Below are positions 9,973 to 18,479 of a stretch of 64,000 nt of DNA, in pieces. The notes under the pieces are model-generated. The model was not told where the DNA came from, did not search any database, and saw only the letters and a list, made by a program, of their open reading frames with translations. The first letter of the stretch is position 1. Every line of letters starts with the position of its first letter. The translations under genes and the position numbers were made by a program. This stretch comes from an uncultured Clostridia bacterium (lineage in GTDB: Bacteria; Bacillota; Clostridia; Christensenellales; UBA1242): contig CAKVHV010000002.1 of the NCBI GenBank assembly GCA_934754475.1, forward strand, positions 951 through 64,950, given 5' to 3'.

Positions 9973-10161
9973 ATATTAACTTTGTTAACTTGGTTATTGT
10001 ATCACAAAAGTATTGGTAATGCAATAATTTTGAAATACTATATTAATTTTTTTAAATAAAACATCCATATTGAATACGCAAATTTTATTAAATTAGGTCT
10101 TGAAATTAAAAATTTAATATGATATAATCTTAATCGTATAAATCAATATAGGTGGTATATT

Positions 10162-11046
10162 ATGAAATTTTTAGATTTTTTAAAAAAGAAAAACGAAATG
10201 CAGAAAGCTGACGATGTAGCCAGCACAACAAATAATCAGGAACCAAAATCTGTGAATACACAAGCTGTTGTTGATGATTTCCAAGACATACTTGAACAAG
10301 AATCTTTAAGATTTTTCCCAGAAACCGGAATTTGGTTTAGTGGTTGTTTTTCGAGACCTAATGATGTAGCATACGCATATCTTCCTTGCCATTTGAGAGA
10401 TAATCTTTGGTTAAGCAAATTAATGCAGCAAAATCTTAGCGAAATTGGTGTTAATATTCCTTTAAATAAAATTAGGAAATTTGTTTCTACATCAGAAAAT
10501 TTCCAAGAATTAAGACATGCTTATGAACTCAAGATTGTCAAGTGGCAAATTGACTTTATAAAAAATGGTGGAGAAAATTGGGTTGCTCCAAAAGGATATG
10601 ACGAAGCATCTTTGTTATTTGGTGAAAATATTGACAAAATTATTCGTGGTGGAGTATCAAGAACTTTGCAATCAATTGGAATGAATTATGATGTAATCGA
10701 AGAAGGACTTGAAAAGTATTCAGATGAGTGGAGACCAAGTAGTATGATGCTTGGATTTAAAAACAAGTTTGAAAAACCTATGTTTTTGGATATTTCTCCA
10801 GAACCAGCTAGTTGGGAACATAGACAGAACTGGTTAGCAAACAGAGAATATAAATATTATCTTGAACATAAAGATTCCGTAGACAAGTATGGTACACCAA
10901 CTTCAGCCATGAAAATGACACCAGAAGAACATAGAGAATTAATTTCAATACTTAACAAACAAAATAATGACAGATTGGAATATATTAATGAACTAAAGAA
11001 GAATAGTGGTAGAGATTCTAAAGAATTTCATCAACCATGGAAATAA
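10162..11046 (+). CDS. Hypothetical protein (294 aa)
   Basis: Long ORF; ATG preceded by ataGGTGGtatatt. No family recognised. Confidence 0.6.
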   Translation: MKFLDFLKKKNEMQKADDVASTTNNQEPKSVNTQAVVDDFQDILEQESLRFFPETGIWFSGCFSRPNDVAYAYLPCHLRDNLWLSKLMQQNLSEIGVNIPLNKIRKFVSTSENFQELRHAYELKIVKWQIDFIKNGGENWVAPKGYDEASLLFGENIDKIIRGGVSRTLQSIGMNYDVIEEGLEKYSDEWRPSSMMLGFKNKFEKPMFLDISPEPASWEHRQNWLANREYKYYLEHKDSVDKYGTPTSAMKMTPEEHRELISILNKQNNDRLEYINELKKNSGRDSKEFHQPWK

Positions 11047-11123
11047 TTATCAAATAATAGGTTACTAGTGTGGCCTATTTTTTTGTATACCAAAAATAAA
11101 AATAAAAAATTTAAAAAAAATTG

Positions 11124-11152
11124 TTGACAACGATACCAATAGATGATATTAT
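11124..11152 (+). promoter_or_regulatory. Sigma-A type promoter of the tRNA cluster
   Basis: TTGACA (11124-11129), 17-nt spacer ending TGa, then TATTAT (11147-11152), about 35 nt upstream of tRNA-Gly. Confidence 0.6.
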
Positions 11153-11186
11153 TATAATGCGTTTTGCAAAAATTAGATATAAATGT

Positions 11187-11260
11187 GCGGGTGTAGCTCA
11201 ATGGTAGAGCCCCAGCCTTCCAAGCTGGTTGCGTGGGTCCGATTCCCATCACCCGCTCCA
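11187..11260 (+). tRNA. tRNA-Gly(UCC)
   Basis: Acceptor GCGGGTG/CACCCGC, anticodon loop CTTCCAA, T-loop present, encoded CCA. Confidence 0.9.
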
Positions 11261-11281
11261 TTCACTAAAATAGTGAGTTGT

Positions 11282-11358
11282 GCGCCAGTAGCTCAGCTGG
11301 ATAGAGCACCGCCCTTCTAAGGCGGGTGTCAGGGGTTCGAATCCCTTCTGGCGTACCA
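11282..11358 (+). tRNA. tRNA-Arg(UCU)
   Basis: Anticodon arm CCGCC-CTTCTAA-GGCGG, T-loop TTCGAAT, encoded CCA. The first acceptor pair is G.U. Confidence 0.85.
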
Positions 11359-11380
11359 TATTTATTTTTTATAAATATAT

Positions 11381-11457
11381 GGTGGATATAGTTCAGTTGG
11401 TAGAGCGCCAGATTGTGGCTCTGGAAGTCGTGGGTTCGAGTCCCACTATTCACCCCA
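11381..11457 (+). tRNA. tRNA-His(GUG)
   Basis: Extra G at position -1 paired with discriminator C. Anticodon arm CCAGA-TTGTGGC-TCTGG, encoded CCA. Confidence 0.9.
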
Positions 11458-11470
11458 TTTAATTTTATAT

Positions 11471-11545
11471 TGGGGTATAGCCAAGTGGTAAGGCACGAGA
11501 CTTTGACTCTCGCATCCGTAGGTTCAAATCCTGCTACCCCAGCCA
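11471..11545 (+). tRNA. tRNA-Gln(UUG)
   Basis: U1-A72 acceptor TGGGGTA/TACCCCA, anticodon arm CGAGA-CTTTGAC-TCTCG, encoded CCA. Confidence 0.9.
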
Positions 11546-11550
11546 ATATT

Positions 11551-11768
11551 TAATTTCTCTTAACTCGTACAACTAAATATGGCCTATTAGCTCAGTAGGC
11601 GCGACGCGTTAATAAATTTTGCCAGTGGCAAGATTTTAGCCAAAGCGGGAGACACTTTAGGTGTCGACGGAAGAGTTTACTCTACCTACGCTCACTAGCA
11701 ACTCTGACTGATAGTTTATATAATTCCCTTAACTCGTACAACTTAATATGGCCTATTAGCTCAGTAGG
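11551..11768 (+). repeat. Direct repeats (11551-11599 and 11721-11768) around a 121-nt GC-rich insert. The upstream repeat ends in an orphan 19-nt tRNA-Lys 5' fragment
   Basis: taatt(t)c(t/c)cttaactcgtacaact(a/t)aatatggcctattagctcagtagg occurs twice. The second copy continues into the intact tRNA-Lys; the first runs into cgcgacgcgtt... Confidence 0.85.
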
Positions 11769-11825
11769 TAGAGCACATGACTTTTAATCATGGTGTCCCG
11801 CGTTCGAATCGCGGATAGGTCACCA
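11750..11825 (+). tRNA. tRNA-Lys(UUU)
   Basis: Acceptor GGCCTAT/ATAGGTC, anticodon arm CATGA-CTTTTAA-TCATG, T-loop TTCGAAT, encoded CCA. Confidence 0.9.
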
Positions 11826-11828
11826 CTT

Positions 11829-11911
11829 GCGGATGTGGCGAAATTGGCAGACGCACCAGACTTAGGATCTGGCGGGAAACCATGGGGGTTCAAGTCCTCT
11901 CATCCGCACCA
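11829..11911 (+). tRNA. tRNA-Leu(UAG)
   Basis: Acceptor GCGGATG/CATCCGC, anticodon arm CCAGA-CTTAGGA-TCTGG, long variable arm, encoded CCA. 83 nt. Confidence 0.9.
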
Positions 11912-11917
11912 AAAAAT

Positions 11918-11939
11918 GCACCATTTACGGTGCTTTTTT
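11918..11939 (+). terminator. Terminator of the tRNA cluster
   Basis: gcacc-atttac-ggtgc hairpin followed by T6. The same hairpin recurs at 12114-12135. Confidence 0.65.
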
Positions 11940-12018
11940 GTTTCTTTATTCGCGTCCTTTAGTGCTTGACAGCACTTTGATTATTGCATAATCAGAACCC
12001 CCACTTTCCATGGGGAAG

Positions 12019-12062
12019 GTACTCGGGAACTCGTCAGCCATGGAACATGTCTGCCACCCGAG
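12019..12062 (+). other. Conserved 44-nt nested-hairpin motif, copy 2 of 3
   Basis: Outer stem CTCGGG/CCCGAG. Inner stem CAGCCATG/CATGTCTG has one C.T mismatch. Confidence 0.7.
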
Positions 12063-12213
12063 ATATATTCCTTTCAGGCATATAGACAAGTCCTCTCATC
12101 CGCACCAAAAAATGCACCTTTTACGGTGCTTTTTTGTTTCTTCATTCGCGTCCTTTAGTGCTTGTCAGCACTTTGATTATTGCATAATCAGAACCCCCAC
12201 TTCCATGGGGAAG

Positions 12214-12257
12214 GTACTCGGGAACTCGTCAGGCATGATACATGCCTGCCACCCGAG
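12214..12257 (+). other. Conserved 44-nt nested-hairpin motif, copy 3 of 3
   Basis: Same outer stem. The inner stem is now a perfect CAGGCATG/CATGCCTG, because both partners of the mismatched pair have changed. Confidence 0.7.
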
Positions 12258-12390
12258 ATATATTCTTTTCAGTCATATAAACAAGACTCTTCTCCCTACA
12301 TTACAAAATGAAACAAATAATTTTCAAAACCTATTGAAATTAGATAATTTGTATGATAAAATACTCAAAGAAAAAACTTGGGGGAAAATT

Positions 12391-12666
12391 ATGACAAAAG
12401 ACTTAAAAGATTATTTGATAGAAAATTACAGAAAGAAAGGAAACACTGCACAAAGAAGTCTACAAAGTTTACGTGACGAGTTAAAGCAACTAAAAAATTT
12501 AGACAAAACACTTAAGTTTAATGATACTGAACTTGCAATCATTAATAATTCTGACGATTACCTTAAAAATGCTTTAGACCAATTAGCTTTGGCTATGCTT
12601 TGTATTTCTAATATTCAAAATATATCTGATTACTCTGACGAACAAGATAACGAACTAATCAAATAA
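12391..12666 (+). CDS. Small hypothetical protein (91 aa)
   Basis: ATG 12391 follows a GGGGGA RBS. The upstream part of track ORF 12010..12666 merely translates the tandem repeats. Confidence 0.5.
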   Translation: MTKDLKDYLIENYRKKGNTAQRSLQSLRDELKQLKNLDKTLKFNDTELAIINNSDDYLKNALDQLALAMLCISNIQNISDYSDEQDNELIK

Positions 12667-13140
12667 TTAATTTAAATTAATATAAATCGGCTTTATGTCG
12701 ATTTTTTTGTTGTCATCTATATTTATTTCAAGCATTTGGCACATCCCATTGGGTCTTTTTTGGAATGTTCCCGGATTAGCAATTATTATATCTTCAAATT
12801 TTTCAATCAAAGGCATATGAGTATGTCCAAAAAGTACAATGTCCGCTCTTTCTTCCCTACCCTTTGCCTTAAGTAGGTTTATTCCGGACTTAGCCGAGTA
12901 TTTGTGTCCATGAGTCATAAATATTAGCACACCATTTGCATTAAATAGCCTTTCAATCGGTTCATCCGAAAAATAATCACAATTGCCAGATACAGCCATA
13001 ACATTATCTAAATAAACATAATTTCCCAAATCTCTAAGTCCGTCGCCAAGAAAGATTAAATAATCAAACTTAAGGGTTTCAAATACTTTTTTTATGCCAT
13101 CAACATTTCCATGACTATCCGAAAGAACTAATATTTTCAA
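12667..13140 (-). CDS. YfcE/MJ0936-family metallophosphoesterase
   Basis: Motifs LSDSHGN, GDG, GNCD, THGH and GHTH. TTG 13140 lies 7 nt after AGGAG and gives the typical MKILVLSDSHG N-terminus. Confidence 0.8.
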   Translation of the reverse strand: MKILVLSDSHGNVDGIKKVFETLKFDYLIFLGDGLRDLGNYVYLDNVMAVSGNCDYFSDEPIERLFNANGVLIFMTHGHKYSAKSGINLLKAKGREERADIVLFGHTHMPLIEKFEDIIIANPGTFQKRPNGMCQMLEINIDDNKKIDIKPIYINLN

Positions 13141-13277
13141 TCTTTTTCTCCTAAATATATTGATTTTTTGCAATTTGTATATTAAAATATATATAATAAA
13201 TACATGTTTTGTAAATATGTTAATACAAATTTAGATTTTTAACAAATAAATACAAAAGAATTTAAAAAGGAGTTTAT

Positions 13278-14168
13278 ATGGCTACAAATATTTCAAGAGT
13301 AATTTCCAGTTGTCGAAAAAAACCCGAACTTAGCCATTTACTTACGTCATGCGACAAAAAATTTAGTTCATATGGTTTTGGAACTAATATGCCTGTACCA
13401 AACCAATGTCTCAAAACTGCAACAAAAAAGAATGGACAACCCGTTAAACTTTGCATTAATAAAAATGCAGGGCTTGTACTAGATATGATTAGAAATTTAG
13501 CTCAAGAAAAATCCACATATAGACTAGAGAATAACAAAAAAGACACGCCTATTGAGTTTGTTTGCATGGGATATTTAAATAAATCCGGAAATATAGTTAT
13601 TGATAACATCGTTATTCCGTCTCTTCAAGAACTTTGTGATAACTCCCAAGATATTGAAGATGCCAAAGAAAAGTTATTTAAATATGTAGCAAAAAAAGAA
13701 GCAAATATAGACCTTCTTTGTACATATTTTGATTATATGCGAGACAATGTTTATCCTGCTAAGGAAAAATTTGGTCTAATGCCAATTGCATTACTTGGCA
13801 CTACCAAGCCACTAGTTTCTTATAATGACAAAACCGAAAATTGTCCTAGACTTGGCGAGATTGCAAAATCTGTTGTTCCCGGAGATGCTGAATTTAGAAC
13901 ACCTTTCATATCCGGACTACTCTGCGTTACTCCTAAGACAATTAAACAAACACCAAATGGTCAAGAACTTCAAGACGGAAGTTTGGAATGTATAGTTACA
14001 ACCTATGAAAAACTTAAAAATAATTATGTAAAGCCTAACAACATGCTAAATATTGTTTCTTGTGAAAGAATTACTCCACAAGATACCATTGCAACAGTTC
14101 CAATTTCTTGTTCGCATCAACCTTTGGAAAATCTCCCAAGAATCACTGGAAATCACCAAAAATATTAA
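13278..14168 (+). CDS. Hypothetical protein (296 aa)
   Basis: ATG preceded by AAAGGAG. No family recognised. Confidence 0.6.
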   Translation: MATNISRVISSCRKKPELSHLLTSCDKKFSSYGFGTNMPVPNQCLKTATKKNGQPVKLCINKNAGLVLDMIRNLAQEKSTYRLENNKKDTPIEFVCMGYLNKSGNIVIDNIVIPSLQELCDNSQDIEDAKEKLFKYVAKKEANIDLLCTYFDYMRDNVYPAKEKFGLMPIALLGTTKPLVSYNDKTENCPRLGEIAKSVVPGDAEFRTPFISGLLCVTPKTIKQTPNGQELQDGSLECIVTTYEKLKNNYVKPNNMLNIVSCERITPQDTIATVPISCSHQPLENLPRITGNHQKY

Positions 14169-14431
14169 TTTATTTTTAATATACAACAAAAACAACCCAA
14201 ACATATTCTATTCCACTATTGGACTTAGATAGTTGTTTGGGTTATTTTTTTAGTTATAATATATAAATTATTTGTAGTTTAAAACAAATATTTAAATAAA
14301 ATTTTTTAACCACTAACGATTACTAAAGCCTATAATACTTTTTGCAACTACTTGGCAAAACAAAATTATTTTAGAAATACTATAAGAATCATTACATTAT
14401 TTACATTTTGCCATTTCGAAAAATATTTCGT

Positions 14432-15910
14432 TTACAACAAAATACAAATAACTCCGCCTTTGCCTTCATTGACAATACGACCCAAAGTTCTACGCATTTT
14501 TCGTTGAACTTCTTGTGGCATTACATGTAATTTGTTTTGTAAGTCGTCATTAACAAGCGAGTATAGACTTCTGCCAAAGACCTTGGTTTCCCACATTTCT
14601 TTTGGGTCACTCTCGAATTGTTCCATAAGTGATTTAACAAGTTCTTCTGATTGTTGCTCATTTCCGACCATAGAATTAACTTCTGTTTGAATATCTACTT
14701 GCATAATATGTAAACTTGGTGCGCTTGCTCTTAATTTTACGCCATATTTACCGCCAGATTTATACATTTTTGGTTCTTCCAATGTCAAGTCATTTGGGTC
14801 TGGATGCACAACACCATAGCCATTTTCTTTGACTTGTTCAATTGCATCTTTGAATTTGTCATATTGAACTTTGGCAACACTAAGTTGTTTGATGTATGAA
14901 ATCAAATGAAATTCGTCTTTGATTTCTTGATTACATTCACCACTAAGAACTCTATAATAAAGGTCTGATTTAGGAGTAAATGTAAGTGTAAGTTTTCCTT
15001 GACCCAAGTCAAGTGACTTAGCAATTTCAGGTTCAAAATCTCCCGAATTTTCCCCAAGAGAAACTGTTTCTGGAAGTTCATCAACTTTATCAAATGAATC
15101 AATAATTGATTTTACATTTTCAATAATGTTTTTGATAATATCGCTTGTGTAATCCAAGATTTGAAGCCATTCTGGGAACTTAATTGCAACTTTTTTAACT
15201 GGGAACTCGTGCAAAATTCCTTCAAATACTTCGTTTAAGTCATTATCTTCCATATTATCTACATTCAAAGGAAGAACTTTGGTTTTGTACTTATTATAAA
15301 GTGACTTAGCTAGATTAATAGTTTCAATATTCTTAGGATGTGTGGAATTAAGTACAATTACAAAAGGCTTTTTGCAATTTTTAAGTTCGTTTACAACCTT
15401 TTCTTCGGCTTTGATATAACTATCTCTATCCAAATCAGTAATACTTCCATCAGTTGTCACCATAATTGCAACAGTTGAATGGTCGGTAATTACTTTGTTT
15501 GTGCCAATTTCAGCCGCTTTTTCAAATGGAATATCGTTCTCATCCCAAGGTGTCGAAACCATTCTTGGGTGTGCATTTTCTTCGTGACCTAATGCACCAT
15601 CAACCAAATATCCAACACAGTCAATCAGTCTAACTTTGAAATTAACATCTTTGTCAAGACTTACACCAACTGCTTCACTTGGAATAAATTTTGGTTGAGT
15701 AGTCATAATAGACTTTCCATCTCCACTTTGTGGCATTTCATCTTTGGTTCTTTCCTTGCTATATCCTTCTGCAATATTTGGAAGCACAAGTTTTTCCATA
15801 ACTTTGGTTATAAATGTTGATTTACCAGTTCTAACTGGACCTACAACACCTATATAAATATCGCCATTTGTTCTTTCGGCAATATCTTTGTATATATTAT
15901 ATTCGCTCAT
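14432..15910 (-). CDS. spoIVA: Stage IV sporulation protein A (spore coat morphogenetic ATPase)
   Basis: Colinear with B. subtilis SpoIVA as remembered: IYKDIAERTNGDIYIGVVGPVRTGKSTFI (Walker A) through SQSEELV and the C-terminal NEGKGGVICILL. Confidence 0.95.
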   Translation of the reverse strand: MSEYNIYKDIAERTNGDIYIGVVGPVRTGKSTFITKVMEKLVLPNIAEGYSKERTKDEMPQSGDGKSIMTTQPKFIPSEAVGVSLDKDVNFKVRLIDCVGYLVDGALGHEENAHPRMVSTPWDENDIPFEKAAEIGTNKVITDHSTVAIMVTTDGSITDLDRDSYIKAEEKVVNELKNCKKPFVIVLNSTHPKNIETINLAKSLYNKYKTKVLPLNVDNMEDNDLNEVFEGILHEFPVKKVAIKFPEWLQILDYTSDIIKNIIENVKSIIDSFDKVDELPETVSLGENSGDFEPEIAKSLDLGQGKLTLTFTPKSDLYYRVLSGECNQEIKDEFHLISYIKQLSVAKVQYDKFKDAIEQVKENGYGVVHPDPNDLTLEEPKMYKSGGKYGVKLRASAPSLHIMQVDIQTEVNSMVGNEQQSEELVKSLMEQFESDPKEMWETKVFGRSLYSLVNDDLQNKLHVMPQEVQRKMRRTLGRIVNEGKGGVICILL

Positions 15911-16167
15911 AAAATCCTCCGAAAAACTTTTAAACTCAAAGCAAAAATTGTTTTGATTAACATGAGTTTATAAATTATATGAAGCCAAATATCCAGATAT
16001 GCTAGTGTAATTCAATTAATTTCTCTCAAAAATAATCTGTATTTTAATGATTTAATCAACATTTTAGGAATTTTGAGTAAAAAAAGTCAAAAAGTGTTTT
16101 TAATTACAATTTTTTTTGATATAATAAAATAACTTTAGATAAAACCGCCAGTAACTTGGAGAATTTT

Positions 16168-17439
16168 ATGTATTATAATTTTTTTCACATAGGAAATATT
16201 GTTTTTTATATTTGTTTAGGAATTAGTGTATTACTTTTAGTCAACAAAATTATTTATCATATAGTTGGTTTGTTTCCGAGCAAAAAATTGCCAGATGCCA
16301 AGAAAGAGCATAGGTTTGCAATCTTAATCCCCGCAAGAAACGAAAGCAAAGTAATCGAAGGACTGCTTAAGTCTATTGAAAATCAAACATATAATCAAGA
16401 TTTGCTTGAAACTTATGTAATAGTTGAAAAATCTGATGACCCGACTTGTCAAATTACCAAGAACTACAAAAATACAAATGTTTTTGTAAGAGAACACTTA
16501 GAACTCAAAGGCAAAGGTTATGCCTTGGATGAATGTATCCAAAAGATTTTCAAAGATAACAAAGAATATGATGCAATGTTTATATTCGATGCCGACAATA
16601 TCTTGTCCCCTACATTTATCGAAGAAATGAACAAAAGTTATGATGCTGGTTACAAAATTGCACTAGGCTATCGTAACTCAAAAAATTGGAACGACGGCTG
16701 GGTTGCTTCGTGTTCGGCATTAACATTTTCAATGATAAACACTTTTCACAATAAATGTCGCGCAAAGTTTAATAGGAATGTAATTTTAAGCGGAACTGGA
16801 TTTTATATCGACTTTGAAGAAATCAAAAAGATTGGCGGTTGGAAATTTTATACTCTAACCGAAGATTATGAATTAACATTATTTTCCGCACTTAACAACA
16901 TAAATTCAACTTATAACGAATATGCCGAATTTTTTGACGAACAACCAACAAGTCTAAGAACAAGTTGGAATCAACGTTTACGTTGGGTCAAAGGACATTC
17001 GCAAAGTGACAAAAAATATATCAAAGAATTAATCAAAAGTGCAATTATCAAAAAAGGCAAAAGATTTAACAAAACCGAATTTGCACTGAGCATACTTCCA
17101 ATTGCAACAATGTTAATAACAATTATTGGCTACACAATGTATACACTCGTTCTCTCAATTGTTGGATTTTGTCTAAAAGAACCTTTGGCAATTAGAGCGC
17201 TGATGGCTTGTGGAATTTCGGCAGTTGCAATATATACTTTCTTAGTTCTCTACACTGCTCTTATGATTTCAGCCGAACGAAAGCGAATTAACTTAACACA
17301 TAAAAATGCCTTTATTTGTTGCCTTACTAATCCATTCTTTATGTTTATGTACATTCCAATTTTCTTTAGGTCAGTATCCAAAAAACAAGTTGAATGGAAG
17401 CCTATAGTTCATTCTGTCACAAAAATAGATAATAAATAA
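16168..17439 (+). CDS. Processive family-2 glycosyltransferase with C-terminal TM domain
   Basis: FAILIPARNES, the DxD-type FDADN and QRLRWVKG (QxxRW). N- and C-terminal TM helices. ATG 16168 lies 6 nt after GGAG (the track uses TTG 16156). Confidence 0.75.
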   Translation: MYYNFFHIGNIVFYICLGISVLLLVNKIIYHIVGLFPSKKLPDAKKEHRFAILIPARNESKVIEGLLKSIENQTYNQDLLETYVIVEKSDDPTCQITKNYKNTNVFVREHLELKGKGYALDECIQKIFKDNKEYDAMFIFDADNILSPTFIEEMNKSYDAGYKIALGYRNSKNWNDGWVASCSALTFSMINTFHNKCRAKFNRNVILSGTGFYIDFEEIKKIGGWKFYTLTEDYELTLFSALNNINSTYNEYAEFFDEQPTSLRTSWNQRLRWVKGHSQSDKKYIKELIKSAIIKKGKRFNKTEFALSILPIATMLITIIGYTMYTLVLSIVGFCLKEPLAIRALMACGISAVAIYTFLVLYTALMISAERKRINLTHKNAFICCLTNPFFMFMYIPIFFRSVSKKQVEWKPIVHSVTKIDNK

Positions 17440-17576
17440 AGATTATTTGAGTATTAATATATTTTAAATTTAATTCAAAAAAAACTTATAACTTAATTAA
17501 ATAAAAAACAAAAAACTCTACAAACTTGGAAACATATCAATAAGATTGGTTTCACTTAAGTAGAGTTTTTTATTTA

Positions 17577-18479
17577 TTAATTATTATTTTCTTTATCGTC
17601 TTGTATAACTAAAGAATTATCGCTTTCAGTAGCCTTATCTTTTTTCCCTGTCACTTTGGAAATTTTATTATTATCCGCAATTTTATTTTGCTTTTGGTTA
17701 ATTCTTTCTATTTTATTATTAACTCTGGTTTCCTTTTTAACAATTTTTTTGTTAAATCTATTTTCTATTTTATCTATTTTTATAGCATTTTTTTCGAGTT
17801 TCTTTTCTCTTTTATTTTGAATTTTTGCTATATCTTTTTTTAAGCCTTCTTGTAAATCTGCTGGATTTTCTCTATTTTCGATTAGTCTTAGTATATTTTG
17901 TCTATGACACCAGACATCAATTATTACAATGACCCACATAATAATTTTTGCTATCCAACTACCCGCCATTACAGGTCTAAATAGTTGAACAACCGCTTCG
18001 ATTGTAATAAATAACAAACTAACTAGACTGCCAATCTTAATAAAGTACAATGTCAAAAACAAAATTCCAAACAAAATCACAGTACAAATTGGGTCTGCAA
18101 CCATAAATACACCAAAGGTTGTTGCAATTCCCTTTCCGCCTTTGAACTTTGAAAAAATCGGGAATATGTGACCAAGTACAGCACAAAGTCCAAAAGAATA
18201 CAAGGCAATATATGCCATTTGAAAACTTGCAAAGTGTCCAAAATACAAATAACCAAATAGTGCTGGAATTGAACCTTTGAGAGCATCACAAAACAAAGTA
18301 AATAATCCCATTGCAAGCCCACGAGTTCTTAGCATATTCATAGTTCCGGGATTTCCACTGCCAGATGATGAAATATCGCTTTTGCTTTTCTTGGTTATCA
18401 TTCTAGCGACACTAATTCCACCCAAAATATAACTAACAATACAAGAAGCTATAAATATCAAAATTTCTCTAACTTCCAT
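17577..18479 (-). CDS. plsY: Glycerol-3-phosphate acyltransferase PlsY with a ~95-aa Lys/Asn-rich C-terminal extension
   Basis: GSGNPGTMN, FKGGKGIAT and HRQNILRLIENRE are PlsY hallmarks and end near aa 205. The remainder is KKDIAKIQNKREKKLEKN... Confidence 0.85.
   Translation of the reverse strand: MEVREILIFIASCIVSYILGGISVARMITKKSKSDISSSGSGNPGTMNMLRTRGLAMGLFTLFCDALKGSIPALFGYLYFGHFASFQMAYIALYSFGLCAVLGHIFPIFSKFKGGKGIATTFGVFMVADPICTVILFGILFLTLYFIKIGSLVSLLFITIEAVVQLFRPVMAGSWIAKIIMWVIVIIDVWCHRQNILRLIENRENPADLQEGLKKDIAKIQNKREKKLEKNAIKIDKIENRFNKKIVKKETRVNNKIERINQKQNKIADNNKISKVTGKKDKATESDNSLVIQDDKENNN

Larger units (their letters stand above)
11891..12281 (+). repeat. Two head-to-tail ~196-nt units, each made of the tRNA-Leu(UAG) 3' end, a terminator and a multi-hairpin module
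   Basis: caagtcctctcatccgcacca plus the terminator at 11891 recurs at 12087. A decayed third copy, caagactcttctccct, starts at 12282. Confidence 0.9.

Noticed and set aside
11031-11546. Minus-strand ORFs 11031..11261 and 11265..11546
   Set aside because: They run antisense across four well-formed tRNA genes and are artefacts of the GC-rich tRNA sequence.
12010-12390. N-terminal 127 codons of track ORF 12010..12666, containing the repeated peptide MGKVLGNSS..CHPRYI
   Set aside because: This is simply translation through the two tandem tRNA-Leu-linked units. It has no RBS, and a good RBS plus ATG lies at 12391, so only 12391-12666 is kept as a CDS.
15911-16010. Sigma-E type sporulation promoter upstream of spoIVA
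   Set aside because: ATA and CATgttaAT-like boxes are present, but by my count their spacing is about 13 nt rather than 16-18 nt, so no promoter is called.
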